Part shown: positions 62,525 through 64,000 of the stretch, piece by piece
Layout of the letters: each line of letters opens with the position of its first letter
Numbering within the stretch: position 1 is the first letter of the stretch
Origin: Mobula hypostoma
Lineage: Eukaryota
NCBI RefSeq assembly: GCF_963921235.1
Contig: NC_086108.1
Coordinates: 33,358,001-33,422,000, forward strand
Length of the DNA stretch: 64,000 nucleotides
Direction of reading: 5' to 3'
The notes under the pieces: model-generated
Told to the model about the DNA's origin: nothing
Seen by the model: only the letters and a program-made list of their open reading frames with translations
The model's database searches: none
Program-made: the position numbers and the translations under genes

Positions 62525-63135
62525 AATCATCAACCTCCCCCCATGCACAAAAAAAACAAATCACACAAATGGCAACAGGAACATCAACCGCCCCATTCAC
62601 CAAAACCAAATTGCACAAATAACAAGTACATCAACTACCCCTCCGCCCACACAAAAAGACAAATCACAAAAATGGTAACAAAAACACCAACCCCCTCATG
62701 CACAAAAAAAATGACAAAAATAGCAACAGGAACATCATCTGCCCCAAGCACAAAAAAAACCCAAATTGCACAAATGGCAATAAGAACATCAACCCCCCCA
62801 TCACACAAAGAAAATAAATCACACAAATGGCAACAAGAACATCAAACACCCACGCAAAAAAATCACACAAGAGGGAATAAAAACATCAAACCCCCATGCA
62901 AAAAAACAAATCCCACAAATAGCAATGAGTACATCAACACCACCACACGCAGAAAAGCAAATCACACAAATAGCAACAAGAACATCAGCTGCCCCATGCA
63001 CAAAAAAGAATCACACAAAGAGAACAAGTACATTAACCCCCCACATGTAAAAAAAACAAATCACACAAATGGCAACAAGAACATCAACACCCCCCCCCAT
63101 GCACAAATAAAGACGTCCCACAAATAGCAACAAGA
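62525..63135. repeat. Degenerate minisatellite, unit about 45-50 bp, roughly a dozen copies
   Basis: Recurrent aaatcacacaaat(g/a)gcaacaagaacatcaac..cccc..cacaaaaaa. Confidence 0.85.
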
Positions 63136-63319
63136 TAGAATGAGCAAAAACATAGAAAATAAAACACAAAAATTGAATTCCATATTCATTTCAGCTCAGT
63201 GTTCTTTAGTCCAATCCACAAACCGGCGATCCAGAACTTCAGCACCATCCTCCGACCGCATTGGGGGACAGAGAATCCACTCGAACCAAGTGGCTTTCCT
63301 CTGGGAGCAGCGAGTGGGA

Positions 63320-63379
63320 TGGAGAGTGAGAGGGAGAGACAGAGAGAGAGAGCGAGAGAGAGTGAGAGGGAGAGACAGA

Positions 63380-63411
<32 letters not shown>
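63320..63411. repeat. (GA)n microsatellite
   Basis: Directly visible GA-rich dinucleotide tract. Confidence 0.9.
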
Positions 63412-64000
63412 CCTTTCTCCAGCCGCGGCGAGCGAGAGGCTGGTAGTCAGCGCTGAACACCCGCTTGCCTTCCACACTCACTTCGATGTTTCAATCTTCC
63501 TTGATGATTTGATCAGTGAGATTGATAAGAAATGGTGTCAATCATGGGCTCACGTCCCATCCCTAAGTTTCTCGGCCTCAAGGCCATTCGCGTACCGGAA
63601 CCTCCTCGGAGACGGCAAAGTGACAGATCACTCCATCATCCCGAAAACCCACCATTGAACTGTAGATGACAGGCTCCAGCAGTACCAGAGCCACATTTAA
63701 ATAAAAAAAGAAGCAAAAGAGACAATCTCATGGGCCATCTGGAGAGAGTTGCTGTGGTAGTGTTGTTTGCTGGTGCTATCTTCTCTTAACTATCTTCTAT
63801 GCTATCAATCTATTGTACGAGCATTTTTATTTATTATGCTCACATACGAGTCTTCCTGATTTTGGCACTGAAATCCAAGGTGTCTGAGGTATGGACTGAT
63901 GGGACCACCCATGGCTTCCTCTGTGCCTGTGCAGATCAGCATTGCAGCCAGGTTGACTTGAAATTCCTCTCATTACTATTTGTCACTGCACAATTTAGCA

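Noticed and set aside
62495..63127. 210-aa ORF and spaced repeats suggesting a gene or CRISPR array
   Set aside because: It is a low-complexity degenerate minisatellite: no unique spacers, no cas genes, vertebrate context.

Overview
Repeat-rich vertebrate genomic DNA, most likely a cartilaginous fish (ray or shark), inferred from its CR1, Rex1, Penelope and SINE content. One host gene can be reconstructed: CCDC190 on the minus strand, with three phase-consistent coding exons (49940-49745, 48276-48123, 36058-35521; about 295 aa). A probable CpG-rich promoter and non-coding first exon lie near 53.5-53.8 kb. The rest is mostly nested mobile elements: the env 3' end and 3' LTR of a degraded lokiretrovirus-like ERV (1-1685); a PNMA-gag Ty3/Gypsy element inserted in a CR1 and itself hit by three further insertions; a Mag-like Gypsy element; Rex1, CR1, L1 and Nimb LINEs; hAT, Tigger and Tc1 DNA transposons; and many Penelope-derived fold-back insertions carrying minimal hammerhead-ribozyme motifs. 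All family assignments rest on motif recognition by eye; no database search was run.
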